From assembly GCF_032444005.1 (NCBI RefSeq), contig NC_091287.1:562216001-562280000 (forward strand): a DNA stretch of 64,000 nt, written 5' to 3'. The translations under genes and the position numbers were made by a program. Source of the stretch: Ranitomeya imitator. Taxonomy: Eukaryota. Below the pieces are notes generated by a model, which saw nothing but the letters and a program-made list of their open reading frames with translations, did not search any database and was not told the origin of the DNA. This document shows positions 39,858-50,274 of this stretch, one piece after another. Every line of letters begins with the position of its first letter. Position 1 is the first letter of the stretch.

Positions 39858-40396
39858 GTAAGTTCTGCAGGATCGTCCTACAGACCGCACAGTCTATGCG
39901 AGACCCTCACATCCTGCAGGGGTATCGCATAAAAATGTCTGACCACTTGGACCCCACCAATCCTGAGAACGGGGCTCTGAAATGCCCTGTGGGAATGGAG
40001 CAGTGTCACCGCGGCCATTCTCCATAGGGCTCGGAGCCTGGACTTTCCCATCATCCTCTACAGAATGATGGCAGGATTTTAAGACCTTCCGTAGTCGGGA
40101 TTGGTGGGGGTCCCAGCGTGCCAACCATCCTTCTACAATTATCACCAAACCTTGCAAGAGGTGACATGTTTTAATGCTGAGAATAACCCTTTCAGTGCTG
40201 GTGAGATGACTAGCCCCAAAGTGACCTGTAATTGTCACCGTGTAGCATCACATGCAGCTTGTGGCTGCGGGCACGGGACATTTACTCCAGCTTTGGAGGT
40301 GACTGGAGTATGAGAGCAGTCAGGCTTAGTAGTGGATGTAAACGTGATGGCATTGCTCCCTTCTGCCCATTTATCAGCCTCTTGTTCTGTTCTCAG

Positions 40397-40435
40397 GTGC
40401 AGAGCGTGGACATCGCCGCTTTCAACAAGATCTAG
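40397..40435 (+). CDS. EEF1D: EEF1D last coding exon
   Basis: tctcag|VQSVDIAAFNKI*. The assembled short isoform is 284 aa and the long isoform 653 aa. Confidence 0.95.
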   Translation: MQSVDIAAFNKI

Positions 40436-40458
40436 GCCGGAGCGTGTCGGCTGGTGTC

Positions 40459-40464
40459 AATAAA
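40459..40464 (+). terminator. EEF1D polyadenylation signal
   Basis: AATAAA 24 nt after the stop codon. Confidence 0.8.
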
Positions 40465-40487
40465 GAGCAGCGTGTTCCCTCCGCCCC

Positions 40488-41970
40488 GTGTCCGCCTCTT
40501 CTGTCATGTAGGGGTCACAGCATCAGGTGTATTACCATGTGTATGTGGCAGTTTGATCCCCCCCGTGTCCGCCTCTTCTGTCATGTAGGGGTCACAGCAT
40601 CAGGTGTATTACCATGTGTATGTGGCAGTGTGATTCCCCCCCTCCCCCCGTGTCCGCCTCTTCTGTCATGTAGGTGTCACAGCATCAGGTGTATTACCAT
40701 GTGTATGTGGCAGTGTGATTCCCCCCCTCCCCCCGTGTCCGCCTCTTCTGTCATGTAGGGGTCACAACATCAGGTGTATTACCATGTACATGTGGCAGTG
40801 TGATTCCCCCCCTCCCCCCGTGTCCGCCTCTTCTGTCATGTAGGGGTCACAACATCAGGTGTATTACCATGTGTATGTGGCAGTGTGATCCCCCCCGTGT
40901 CCGCCTCTTCTGTCATGTAGGGGTCACAACATCAGGTGTATTACCATGTGTATGTGGCAGTGTGATTTCTCCCCCCCCCCCCCCCCCCCCGTGTCCGCCT
41001 CTTCTGTCATGTAGGGGGTCACAACATCAGGTGTATTACCATGTGTATGTGGCAGTGTGATCCCCCCGTGTCCGCCTCTTCTGTCATGTAGGGGTCACAG
41101 CATCAGGTGTATTACCATGTGTATGTGGCAGTGTGATTCCCCCCCCCCGTGTCCGCCTCTTCTGTCATGTAGGTGTCACAGCATCAGGTGTATTACCATG
41201 TACATGTGGCAGTGTGATTTCCCCCCCCCCCCCCCCCCCGTGTCCGCCTCCTCTGTCATGTAGGGGTCACAGCATCAGGTGTATTACCATGTACATGTGG
41301 CAGTGTGATTCCCCCCCCCCCCCCCCCCCCCGTGTCCGCCTCTTCTGTCATGTAGGGGTCACAGCATCAGGTGTATTACCATGTGTACGTGGCAGTGTGA
41401 TCCCCCCCCGTGTCCGCCTCTTCTGTCATGTAGGGGGTCACAGCATCAGGTGTATTACCATGTGTATGTGGCAGTGTGATCCCCCCCCCCCCCCCCCCCG
41501 TGTCCGCCTCTTCTGTCATGTAGGGGGTCACAGCATCAGGTGTATTACCATGTGTATGTGGCAGTGTGATTTCCCCCCCCCCCGTGTCTGCCTCTTCTGT
41601 CATGTAGGGGGTCACAGCATCAGGTGTATTACCATGTGTATGTGGCAGTGTGATCCCCCCCCCCCCCCCCCCGTGTCCGCCTCTTCTGTCATGTAGGGGG
41701 TCACAGCATCAGGTGTATTACCATGTGTATGTGGCAGTGTGATTTCCCCCCCCCCCGTGTCTGCCTCTTCTGTCATGTAGGGGGTCACAGCATCAGGTGT
41801 ATTACCATGTGTATGTGGCAGTGTGATCCCCCCCCCCCCCCCCCCGTGTCCGCCTCTTCTGTCATGTAGGGGGTCACAGCATCAGGTGTATTACCATGTG
41901 TATGTGGCAGTGTGATTTCCCCCCCCCCCCCCCCCCCCCGTGTCCGCCTCTTCTGTCATGTAGGGGTCAC
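40488..41970. repeat. Minisatellite of a 70-nt constant unit plus a variable poly(C) tract, ~18 copies
   Basis: GTGTCCGCCTCTTCTGTCATGTAGGGGTCACAGCATCAGGTGTATTACCATGTGTATGTGGCAGTGTGAT followed by C runs of about 7-22. Confidence 0.95.
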
Positions 41971-43089
41971 GGAATCAGGTTTATAGGCTTTAGAGTTGTG
42001 GCATCTAAGTGATGAAAGCAGTGGGGGTCTCCAGGGAGTATTCCAGAAGGTGTAGAGCTTACTCTGCACCTGAGGACATGTGGTGGTGGGACTTGTCTGA
42101 CCTTGTAGTGCTCATTAACCCTTTTACCCCAAGGGTGGTTTGCACGTTAATGACCAGGCCAATTTTCCAGGTCGTCCACATGACAGCACCACAGGAGGTT
42201 GCTCTTCATATCCTTGATAGGGACAGGAACACAGAAGAGGTTAAATAGCCCCTCCCAACCTCCACCCCTCAGTGTTTTTCTGTCCCTATCAGGGACGGAC
42301 GCAGGAGAGAGATCTCCAGGAAGATCAAGATTTTACCTGATGAGAAATCAGGTCTCGGTCGAGCAGGAGCTCCCGTGTGCGGTCCCATCCTCCTGGAGGG
42401 GGCTCTGGCCGCGAGGATCCGGAGGTCGCAGGATACCGACGGAGGTCCCTCCGCGACCGGGTAGAGCTGTGTGCTCCCCATAAGTCTGCCTCAACCCCTT
42501 ACAAGGGGCTCTGAGACAGCAGCCGCGGCGGCGGTGCTGAGCGCTCCCCTCAGGCTCCACGTGCGGCCGGTGCTGGCGCTGTACCCAGGACTTCCGGTCC
42601 GGCGCTCCGGTCGAGTGACTACTTCCGGGGGGCGTGGCCGGATTCCCGGGGTCGGCAGCGTTTCCGGGCGCCGGGTAGCTGCGGGAAGGCCGGGGGGGGG
42701 GAGAATGAAGACCGGAACAGCATCCGGACTATGCGCCAGGAAGGTCCCAGGCTGGTCGGCGTGCGTTCCAGATGACGCATGCGCAGTACAGCTGGGGACC
42801 TGAAATCACCGTGGAGGCCAGCAGCTGAGCTCGGAAGGAGGACGAATCAGATGTCTTGAAGCTGGGTAAGATTGACTACTTAATGACTGACATCTGACAG
42901 CACATTTGACCCAGGAAGATGGAAGGTGCTACTCGCCCAGACGTCCAATCCTTAGAGCTAGCCACAGACCATGTGAGTAGTAAGTGGTATGGGATGCATT
43001 GCAGAACTTTAGTTCCGTAGCTACAGGGATCTCCTTTACGTTTTCAGGATAAGGACATTCCCGAGAGGTCAGCTACTAAAAAAAGGACT

Positions 43090-44313
43090 ATGAGATGCCC
43101 ATTGTGCACCACCAAACTCCCAGAGGGATATAAGAAGAAATTATGCGAAAAATGCATCGCTAAACTTCTTAAAGATGAACAGGCTTCGCTGTTGGATAAT
43201 ATCAAATCCATGATTAGAGACGAAGTCCAAGCTACAGTGTCTACAATGGTGCCACCCCAGTCTCCGCGGCCTAAAAGGCCTAGATGGGATATAGATGCGA
43301 GTTCCGAGGAAGGAGAGGTCTCAGGTTATTCCGATCCCGGCTCGGATGAAGAGGACAATACATTTACTGTGCTTCCAGAAGAACGAAAGAAATACTTGTT
43401 CTCATCCGAAAATACGGATATACTGCTAAAAGCAGTAAGAAGCACTATGAAAATAGAAGACTCGTCTGAGCCTTTATCAGTTCAGGACGAGATGTTTGGG
43501 GGCCTGAGAACTCGCAGGAATAGAGTTTTCCCGGTCAACAATCACATAACTGCAATGATAATGGAAGAGTGGGAAGATGTGGGGAAAAAATTAGTAGTCC
43601 CGAGAGACTTCAAATACCGTCTTCCCTTCGACCCAGAAGAAACTAAAGTCTGGGAGTCGGTTCCAAAGATCGACATTCCTGTGGCCAAAGTCACAAGGAA
43701 AACGGCTATTCCCTTTGAGGACTCGTCAGGGTTAAAAGACCCAATGGATAAGAGGTCAGAAGATCTTCTTAAGAAAGCCTGGGAATCGTCAGCCGCCATT
43801 ATGAAGACGAATATAGCGGCTACCTCTGTAGCAAGGTCCATGAGTCTTTGGGTGGACGAGATGGAGAGTCATATTAAAAATAGAACTCCAAGGGAAGAAA
43901 TCCTTAAATCATTTTCAGTTTTAAAGATGGCGACTGATTTCATGGCAGATGCTTCAGCGGAATCCGTACGCTTTGCTGCCAGGAATAATGCACTGTCAAA
44001 CGCAGCAAGAAGGGCCTTATGGCTGAGATCGTGGACGGGAGATACCCAATCCAAGAACAAGCTGTGTTCGATTCCATTCTCAGGTTCTCACGTCTTTGGT
44101 CCAGTCCTTGACGAGCTACTCGAAAAAGCGTCTGATAAGAAGAAAGGCTTCCCTGAGGAGAAGCCAAAGAAACCGCAATTCTTCCGAAAAACTCGCTCCC
44201 ACCCAAGACAGGACTACAGAGGCAAGGGGAAGTCCGGTAGGTGGAGCTACCCTAAAGGAGGCAGAGGAAGAGGTTCCTTTCGAGACCAATCAACAGGACC
44301 CAGTAAACAATGA
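43090..44313 (+). CDS. DIRS ORF1 (gag-like)
   Basis: 407-aa open frame with an N-terminal CxxC...CxxC and a C-terminal LWLRSWTGD...LCSIPFSGSHVFG, typical of vertebrate DIRS gag. Confidence 0.85.
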   Translation: MRCPLCTTKLPEGYKKKLCEKCIAKLLKDEQASLLDNIKSMIRDEVQATVSTMVPPQSPRPKRPRWDIDASSEEGEVSGYSDPGSDEEDNTFTVLPEERKKYLFSSENTDILLKAVRSTMKIEDSSEPLSVQDEMFGGLRTRRNRVFPVNNHITAMIMEEWEDVGKKLVVPRDFKYRLPFDPEETKVWESVPKIDIPVAKVTRKTAIPFEDSSGLKDPMDKRSEDLLKKAWESSAAIMKTNIAATSVARSMSLWVDEMESHIKNRTPREEILKSFSVLKMATDFMADASAESVRFAARNNALSNAARRALWLRSWTGDTQSKNKLCSIPFSGSHVFGPVLDELLEKASDKKKGFPEEKPKKPQFFRKTRSHPRQDYRGKGKSGRWSYPKGGRGRGSFRDQSTGPSKQ

Positions 44314-46204
44314 CGCCAACAATATAGGAGGGAGACTACAATACTTCCAAGAAGGATGGCAGAACATAACTCAGAATCAGTGGATTCTACAGACAGTGGC
44401 ACAGGGTTACAGGATAGAGTTTACTCATCCACCCCCCAAGAGATTCTGCGTAACACAGACGGAGTCATCAGCAGTACATCAAAGGCTGATAACAGACATA
44501 CAGGAACTCTTAGAATTAAACGTCATAATACCGGTACCCCATCATCAACATTTTCAGGGGCATTACTCCAGTCTGTTCTCCATAAGAAAACCAAACGGAG
44601 ATTACCGAACAATAATAAACTTAAAACCATTAAACAAATGGGTGGCGTACAAACGCTTCAAGATGGAATCTCTCAAATCAATTACACCACTAATAAAAAA
44701 GAACTCTGTAATGTGCACGCTAGATCTCAAACATGCTTACTATCATGTTCCCATCCATCCCTCAGATCAAAAATTCCTCAGGTTCGCATTAAGAAACCAC
44801 AAGAAAATACTTCATTTCCAGTTTCAGTGCCTACCATTTGGTCTCTCCTCTGCCCCAAGGATATTTACGAAGCTCATGACGGAGGTCATGGCCTACTTAA
44901 GAGAGAAGGAAGTTCTCATCGCACCATATCTGGACGATCTGTTGCTGATCGCAGATTCATCCCAACAGATGGAAGAATCCTTAGAAATTACCACGTCACT
45001 CCTGAAACGTCTGGGGTGGGTAATAAATGCAAAAAAATCGAGTCTCGAACCACAGACGCAGAAGATATTTCTAGGGGTACTACTAAATTCCGAACTAGAA
45101 TACTCCTTCCTACCAGACCAAAAACAACGGTCAATAAAAAAAGAAATTCAATCAATAAAAAAACGGAAATACATCTCCATCAGGAAAGCAATGAGGATTC
45201 TAGGTCTGATGACCTCGTGCATTCCCAGTGTACAGTGGAGCCAGTTTCACTCCAGAACGCTTCAAAGGGAAGTTCTTTCGGTATGGAATGGAACAAAAGA
45301 TTCACTAGACAACAGGATGTGGTTACCCAGCAGGGTAAAGCAGTCCCTCTCATGGTGGATCGACATAAAAAACCTCAAAAGAGGAAAACCATGGAAAATA
45401 TCTCCATGCATAAATATAACCACCGATGCAAGCTCAAGGGGCTGGGGAGCCCACATAGAAGGTCGATACCTTCAGGGGACATGGCCACCATCGATACGCG
45501 ACAGTTCCTCCAACTACAGGGAACTCAGAGCGGTCTGGGAAGCACTAAAAAGGTGCCAACACGAGATTCAGGGACACCACATCCGAGTCTTCTCAGACAA
45601 CTCGACCACGGTAGCCTTTCTCCTACATCAAGGAGGACCAAGGCACCGTCCACTTCAGGCGCTAGCAGAAAAAATATTCTCCTGGGCGGAAAATACCGTA
45701 AAGTCCATCACAGCAGTACACCTAAAAGGTTCACAGAACCAAATAGCGGACTTTCTCAGCAGAGAGAAGGTACAGCCGTCAGAATGGTCTCTAAACGAGG
45801 AAATCTATACTCAGTTAATCCAACAGTGGGGCACCCCACAAATAGATTTATTCGCCTCAAGGAGCAATACAAAAACGAAAGAATTCTTTTCGCTAAATCC
45901 AAGAGACAATCCAACTGGCATAGATGCATTGGCTCAACATTGGGACATGGAACTCGCATACGCGTTCCCGCCACTAGCCCTAATTCCCAGAGTTCTGAGG
46001 AAAATCCAGGAAAGTCTAGCGGTAGTGATCCTAATAGTGCCATATTGGCCCAAGAGGAGCTGGTTTCCTCTGCTGAAGTGGATGGCGGTGGAAGACCCAG
46101 TGTTACTACCACTGAGACGGGATCTTCTAATACAGGGACCATTGGTCCATCAAAATCTAAAGATGCTACAACTCTCAGCATGGATCTTGAAAGGGAGATC
46201 TTGA
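44096..46204 (+). CDS. DIRS pol: reverse transcriptase, RNase H and methyltransferase-like domain (start uncertain)
   Basis: IGGRL, LDLKHAYYHVPI, LPFGLSSAP, YLDD, TTDAS..GWGA, NYRELRAV, SDN, DLFAS, YAFPP; no stops. Confidence 0.92.
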   Translation: MVQSLTSYSKKRLIRRKASLRRSQRNRNSSEKLAPTQDRTTEARGSPVGGATLKEAEEEVPFETNQQDPVNNDANNIGGRLQYFQEGWQNITQNQWILQTVAQGYRIEFTHPPPKRFCVTQTESSAVHQRLITDIQELLELNVIIPVPHHQHFQGHYSSLFSIRKPNGDYRTIINLKPLNKWVAYKRFKMESLKSITPLIKKNSVMCTLDLKHAYYHVPIHPSDQKFLRFALRNHKKILHFQFQCLPFGLSSAPRIFTKLMTEVMAYLREKEVLIAPYLDDLLLIADSSQQMEESLEITTSLLKRLGWVINAKKSSLEPQTQKIFLGVLLNSELEYSFLPDQKQRSIKKEIQSIKKRKYISIRKAMRILGLMTSCIPSVQWSQFHSRTLQREVLSVWNGTKDSLDNRMWLPSRVKQSLSWWIDIKNLKRGKPWKISPCINITTDASSRGWGAHIEGRYLQGTWPPSIRDSSSNYRELRAVWEALKRCQHEIQGHHIRVFSDNSTTVAFLLHQGGPRHRPLQALAEKIFSWAENTVKSITAVHLKGSQNQIADFLSREKVQPSEWSLNEEIYTQLIQQWGTPQIDLFASRSNTKTKEFFSLNPRDNPTGIDALAQHWDMELAYAFPPLALIPRVLRKIQESLAVVILIVPYWPKRSWFPLLKWMAVEDPVLLPLRRDLLIQGPLVHQNLKMLQLSAWILKGRS

Positions 46205-47220
46205 GATCAAAGGGACTGTCTGAGTCAGTTATCTCAACTATGAAAAAAAGTAGAAAGCCGGTGACCTCGGCTATATACCAGAAGATTTGGAAAAAATTTT
46301 GTGCACAGACCAATACTCCAATATCCGTTCTCCAACAACCAGATATTCCTCAAATATTAAATTTTCTCCAAACAGGTTTTGATATGGGCTTGAGACCTAG
46401 TACGCTAAAGGTACAAATCTCAGCTTTAACTGCCTTTTATGACTATCCACTAGCGAATCATCCCTGGATAATGAGATACATCAAAGCTACACAACGTATC
46501 AGACCAACAATACGAAGTTCAGTACCCTCATGGAACCTCACTTTGGTACTAAATGAGCTACGGAAAGCTCCATACGAGCCACTTGATCAGGCAGACCTAA
46601 AATCTGTGACATTCAAGACTGTTTTCCTCGTCGCAATAACGACAGCAAGGCGAATAGGCGAAATTCAAGCCCTGTCCATAACAGATCCTTACTTAAAGAT
46701 ACAGGAAGATTGCATCGTTTTAAAGTTGGATCCTTCATTTCTTCCAAAAGTTGTGACGGACTTTCACAGAAACCAGGAAATAATTTTGCCTACGTTCTGC
46801 CAGAACTACAATAACGAAAAAGAACGTTCTCTTCATTCCTTGGATGTTAAGAGAACAGTATTGCAGTATCTAAAACTTACAGACAGCTGGAGAATTGACT
46901 CAAACCTCTTTATCCAGATGTCTGGAAAGAATAGAGGCAAAAAAGCCTCAAAAGCGACTCTGGCTAGATGGATCAAATCTACCATTTGCGCTGCGTATAT
47001 TTCAGCCGGTGAATCTCCTCCAGATCACCTAAAAGCCCACTCACTGAGAGCAGTATCTGCTTCATGGGCAGAGAGTGCGGGTGCATCTATGGACCAAATT
47101 TGCCGGGCGGCAACTTGGTCTAGCTCAAATACCTTTTGCAAGCACTACAAGCTGGACGTTCTCTCAAAGCAGCAGACTAGCTTTGGGAGAAGAGTCCTCC
47201 AAGCTGTAATCCCGCCCTAA
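44356..47220 (+). CDS. DIRS tyrosine recombinase ORF (catalytic domain from about 46180; long N-terminal overlap with pol)
   Basis: TARRIGE (R), KAHSLR (HxxR), AATW and FCKHY (Y) catalytic motifs; open for 954 codons. Confidence 0.88.
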   Translation: MAEHNSESVDSTDSGTGLQDRVYSSTPQEILRNTDGVISSTSKADNRHTGTLRIKRHNTGTPSSTFSGALLQSVLHKKTKRRLPNNNKLKTIKQMGGVQTLQDGISQINYTTNKKELCNVHARSQTCLLSCSHPSLRSKIPQVRIKKPQENTSFPVSVPTIWSLLCPKDIYEAHDGGHGLLKREGSSHRTISGRSVADRRFIPTDGRILRNYHVTPETSGVGNKCKKIESRTTDAEDISRGTTKFRTRILLPTRPKTTVNKKRNSINKKTEIHLHQESNEDSRSDDLVHSQCTVEPVSLQNASKGSSFGMEWNKRFTRQQDVVTQQGKAVPLMVDRHKKPQKRKTMENISMHKYNHRCKLKGLGSPHRRSIPSGDMATIDTRQFLQLQGTQSGLGSTKKVPTRDSGTPHPSLLRQLDHGSLSPTSRRTKAPSTSGASRKNILLGGKYRKVHHSSTPKRFTEPNSGLSQQREGTAVRMVSKRGNLYSVNPTVGHPTNRFIRLKEQYKNERILFAKSKRQSNWHRCIGSTLGHGTRIRVPATSPNSQSSEENPGKSSGSDPNSAILAQEELVSSAEVDGGGRPSVTTTETGSSNTGTIGPSKSKDATTLSMDLEREILRSKGLSESVISTMKKSRKPVTSAIYQKIWKKFCAQTNTPISVLQQPDIPQILNFLQTGFDMGLRPSTLKVQISALTAFYDYPLANHPWIMRYIKATQRIRPTIRSSVPSWNLTLVLNELRKAPYEPLDQADLKSVTFKTVFLVAITTARRIGEIQALSITDPYLKIQEDCIVLKLDPSFLPKVVTDFHRNQEIILPTFCQNYNNEKERSLHSLDVKRTVLQYLKLTDSWRIDSNLFIQMSGKNRGKKASKATLARWIKSTICAAYISAGESPPDHLKAHSLRAVSASWAESAGASMDQICRAATWSSSNTFCKHYKLDVLSKQQTSFGRRVLQAVIPP

Positions 47221-50200
47221 AAGGAGTTATTTGGTATTTCTCCTGTGGTGCTGTCATGTGGACGACCTGGAAACTAGGAGTTAGTCATACCGGTAACGGT
47301 ATTTCCAGGAGTCCATCATGACAGCACCCATTATTTGCCCCCCCTTGAACTCTTGTCTGATATGTGATATGAACATGTAGAGAGGAAGTTCAATAAAATT
47401 GTGTTGTATCCATCCTAATGTGGTACTTTGTAAAATCACTGAGGGGTGGAGGTTGGGAGGGGCTATTTAACCTCTTCTGTGTTCCTGTCCCTATCAAGGA
47501 TATGAAGAGCAACCTCCTGTGGTGCTGTCATGATGGACTCCTGGAAATACCGTTACCGGTATGACTAACTCCTAGTTTTACAATTCTGATCACTGTTCCT
47601 TTATGAGGTTATAACTCTGAAACTCAATGGATCCCGGTGATTCTGACATTTTCTCGAGACATATTGTACTTCATGATAGTGGTAAAATTTCTTTTGATAT
47701 TACCTGCGTTTATTTGTGAAAAAAAACAAATGGAAATTTGGCGAAAATTTCGCAATTTCCAACTTTGAATTTTTTATGCCCTTAAATCGGAGATATGTCA
47801 CAAAATACTTAAGTAACATTTCCCACATGTCTACTTTACATCAGCACAATTTTGGAACCAACATTTTTTTTTTTTTGTTTGGAAGTTAAGAGTTAAAGTT
47901 GACCAGCGACTTCACATTTTTACAAAACCATTTTTTTTAGGGACCACATCACATATGAAGTTACTTTGAGGGGTCTATATGATAGAAAATACCCAAGTGT
48001 GACACCATTCTAAAAACTGCACCCCTCAAGGTGCTCAAAACCACATTCAAGAAGTTTATTAACCCTTTGAGTTTCACAGGAATTTTTGGAATGTTAAAAA
48101 AAGAAAAAAAAAATCACAGAAAAAATTAGTCCAGATCCAATTTGCAATTTGTTTTACCTTACCAAGGGTAACAGGAGAAATTGGACCCCAAAAGTTGTTA
48201 TACAATTTGTCCTGAGTACGCTGATACCCCATATGTGGGGGTAAACCACTGTTTGGGCGCATGACAGAGCTCAGAAGGGAAGGAGCACTGTTTGACTTTT
48301 CAATGCAAAATTGACTGGAATTGAGAGGGGAAGCCATGTTGCCTTTGGAGAGCCCCTCATGTGCCTAAACAGTGGAAACCCTCCATAAGTGACACCATTT
48401 TTGAAAGTAGACCCCCTAAGGAACTTATCTGGCCTGTTGTGAGCAGTTTGACCCACCAAGTGCTTCACAGAAGTTTATAATGTAGATCCGTAAAAATCAA
48501 AAATCAAATTTTCTCCACAAAAATGATATTTAGACCCCCGATTTGTATTTTCCCAAGGGTAAAGGACAAATGGAACAACCTTTGGGGTTCAACTTCTCCT
48601 GAGTACACTGATGCCCCATATGTGGGAGAAAACTACTATTTGGGCGCATGGCAGAGCTCGGAAGGGAAGTAGTGTTGTTCTGGAATGCAGACTTAAATGG
48701 AATGGCCTGTGGGTGTCATGTTGTGGTTGTAGAGCCCCTGATGTGCCTAAACAGTAGAATCCCACAAGTGACCCCATATTGGAAACTAGAACCAACCCCC
48801 CCCCCCCCCCCCCCTCCCAAGGAACTTGTCTAGATGTTGTGTGAGAATTTTAAACCCCCAAGTGTTTCACTAAAGTTTATAACACAGAGCCGTGAAAATT
48901 AAAAAAATCATTTTTTTCAATAAAAATGATTTTTTTTTTTAGCCCCCAAATTTTAATTTTCCTAAGAGTAACAGGACAAATTGTACAACTTTTGGGGTCC
49001 AATTTTTCCTGAGTACGCTGATACCCCATATGTGGGGGTAAACCACTGTTTGGGTGCAAGGCAGAGCTCAGAATGGAAGGAGCGCATTTTACTCTTTCAA
49101 TGCAGAATTTGCTGGAATTGAAAATCAAACACCATGACATGTTTGGAGACCCCTGATGTGCCTAAACAGTGGAAACCCCCCAATTTTAACTCCAACCCTA
49201 ACCTCAACGCACCCCTAATTCAAACCATAAACATAATCCAAACCCTAGCCCTAACGGGAAAATAGAAATAAATGCATTTTTTTTTTTTAATTTTTATTAT
49301 TTTTCCCTAACTAAGGGGGTGATGAAGGTGGGTTTGATTTACTATCTATAGCGGGTTATTCTAGCGTTTGGCAGCTGTCACACACGAAAAGACTCTTTTT
49401 TTTATTGCAAACAATAGTTTTTGCGTCTCCACATTTTGAGAGCTATAATTTTTCCATATTTTGGCCCAGAGGAATGTGAGGTCTTGTTTTTTTGTGGGAT
49501 GAGTTGACAAACTGCAGGACCCGGAAGGACCCCGTGGCCATCTTGGATCCGGGGGCTTGCAGGGAGGAGACCCTCGGAACAACGTGATCACATCACGTTC
49601 TGAGGGTCTCAGGGAAGTACTCGGGGAGCCCCCTCCCTGCTTCTCTATGCCACTGGACCGCTGCGATCTTGTTTGGTCTGTGACTGCTCCTGGCACATAG
49701 TTCTGGGTGTCAGCTGTGGTGATAATCACCTGACACCCGGCCGCACTCCCCCCGTGAGCGTGGCTGATCGCGTATGACGTACTATCCCGTCGATGGTCAT
49801 ACGGGCCCAGGTCACCTCGATGGGACAGTACGTCTGTCAGAAAGGAGTTAATAAGACGTCACATCTCACACTCCACTCTTGGCTCCAGAAGCCGCACTTT
49901 GCCGATGTGTGCCGTACTCGGGGAGGTGTTGCTGGCTTCTCACATAATTTTAAATGCTGCAACTTTTAGTGGAACAAATATTATTCATCTTTTACTAAAA
50001 AAATTGATAAAGTTTCAGTGTGACCAGGTGCCAAAATATTGGTTTAAAATATGAAGTACACTATAGGGAAGAAGGAGAGTGCCCCACCCCCCTCCGGGAT
50101 CTGCTGATCTCACACCCTACCGTTATAGCCATTGTTATGGGGTCGGCACCTTTCCCAATGGGAAGATTGTACAGCGGGCACAGTGCAGGGGCTAACGTCC

Positions 50201-50274
50201 TCCTGGCATCACAATGGAGAAGTGTGATCCATCACTGCACAGAACCTGTCTCCTTCAGAGTCCAGCAGTGACGG

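Larger units (their letters stand above)
42164..47578 (+). mobile_element. Full-length DIRS1-type tyrosine-recombinase retrotransposon
   Basis: Inverted terminal repeats at 42167-42274 and 47437-47575. An internal complementary region at 47240-47328 pairs with both termini. TTT lies at both ends. Confidence 0.95.
42119..49847 (+). mobile_element. Non-autonomous piggyBac-like element, copy 2, interrupted by the DIRS
   Basis: TTAA|CCCTTTTACCCCAAGGG matches the start of copy 1; ends AAAGGAG|TTAA. About three 390-bp units and a short CCCTAA-like tract at 49190-49255. Confidence 0.85.

Noticed and set aside
40444-41696. Cys/Pro-rich ORFs after EEF1D
   Set aside because: Translations of the poly(C)-spaced minisatellite.
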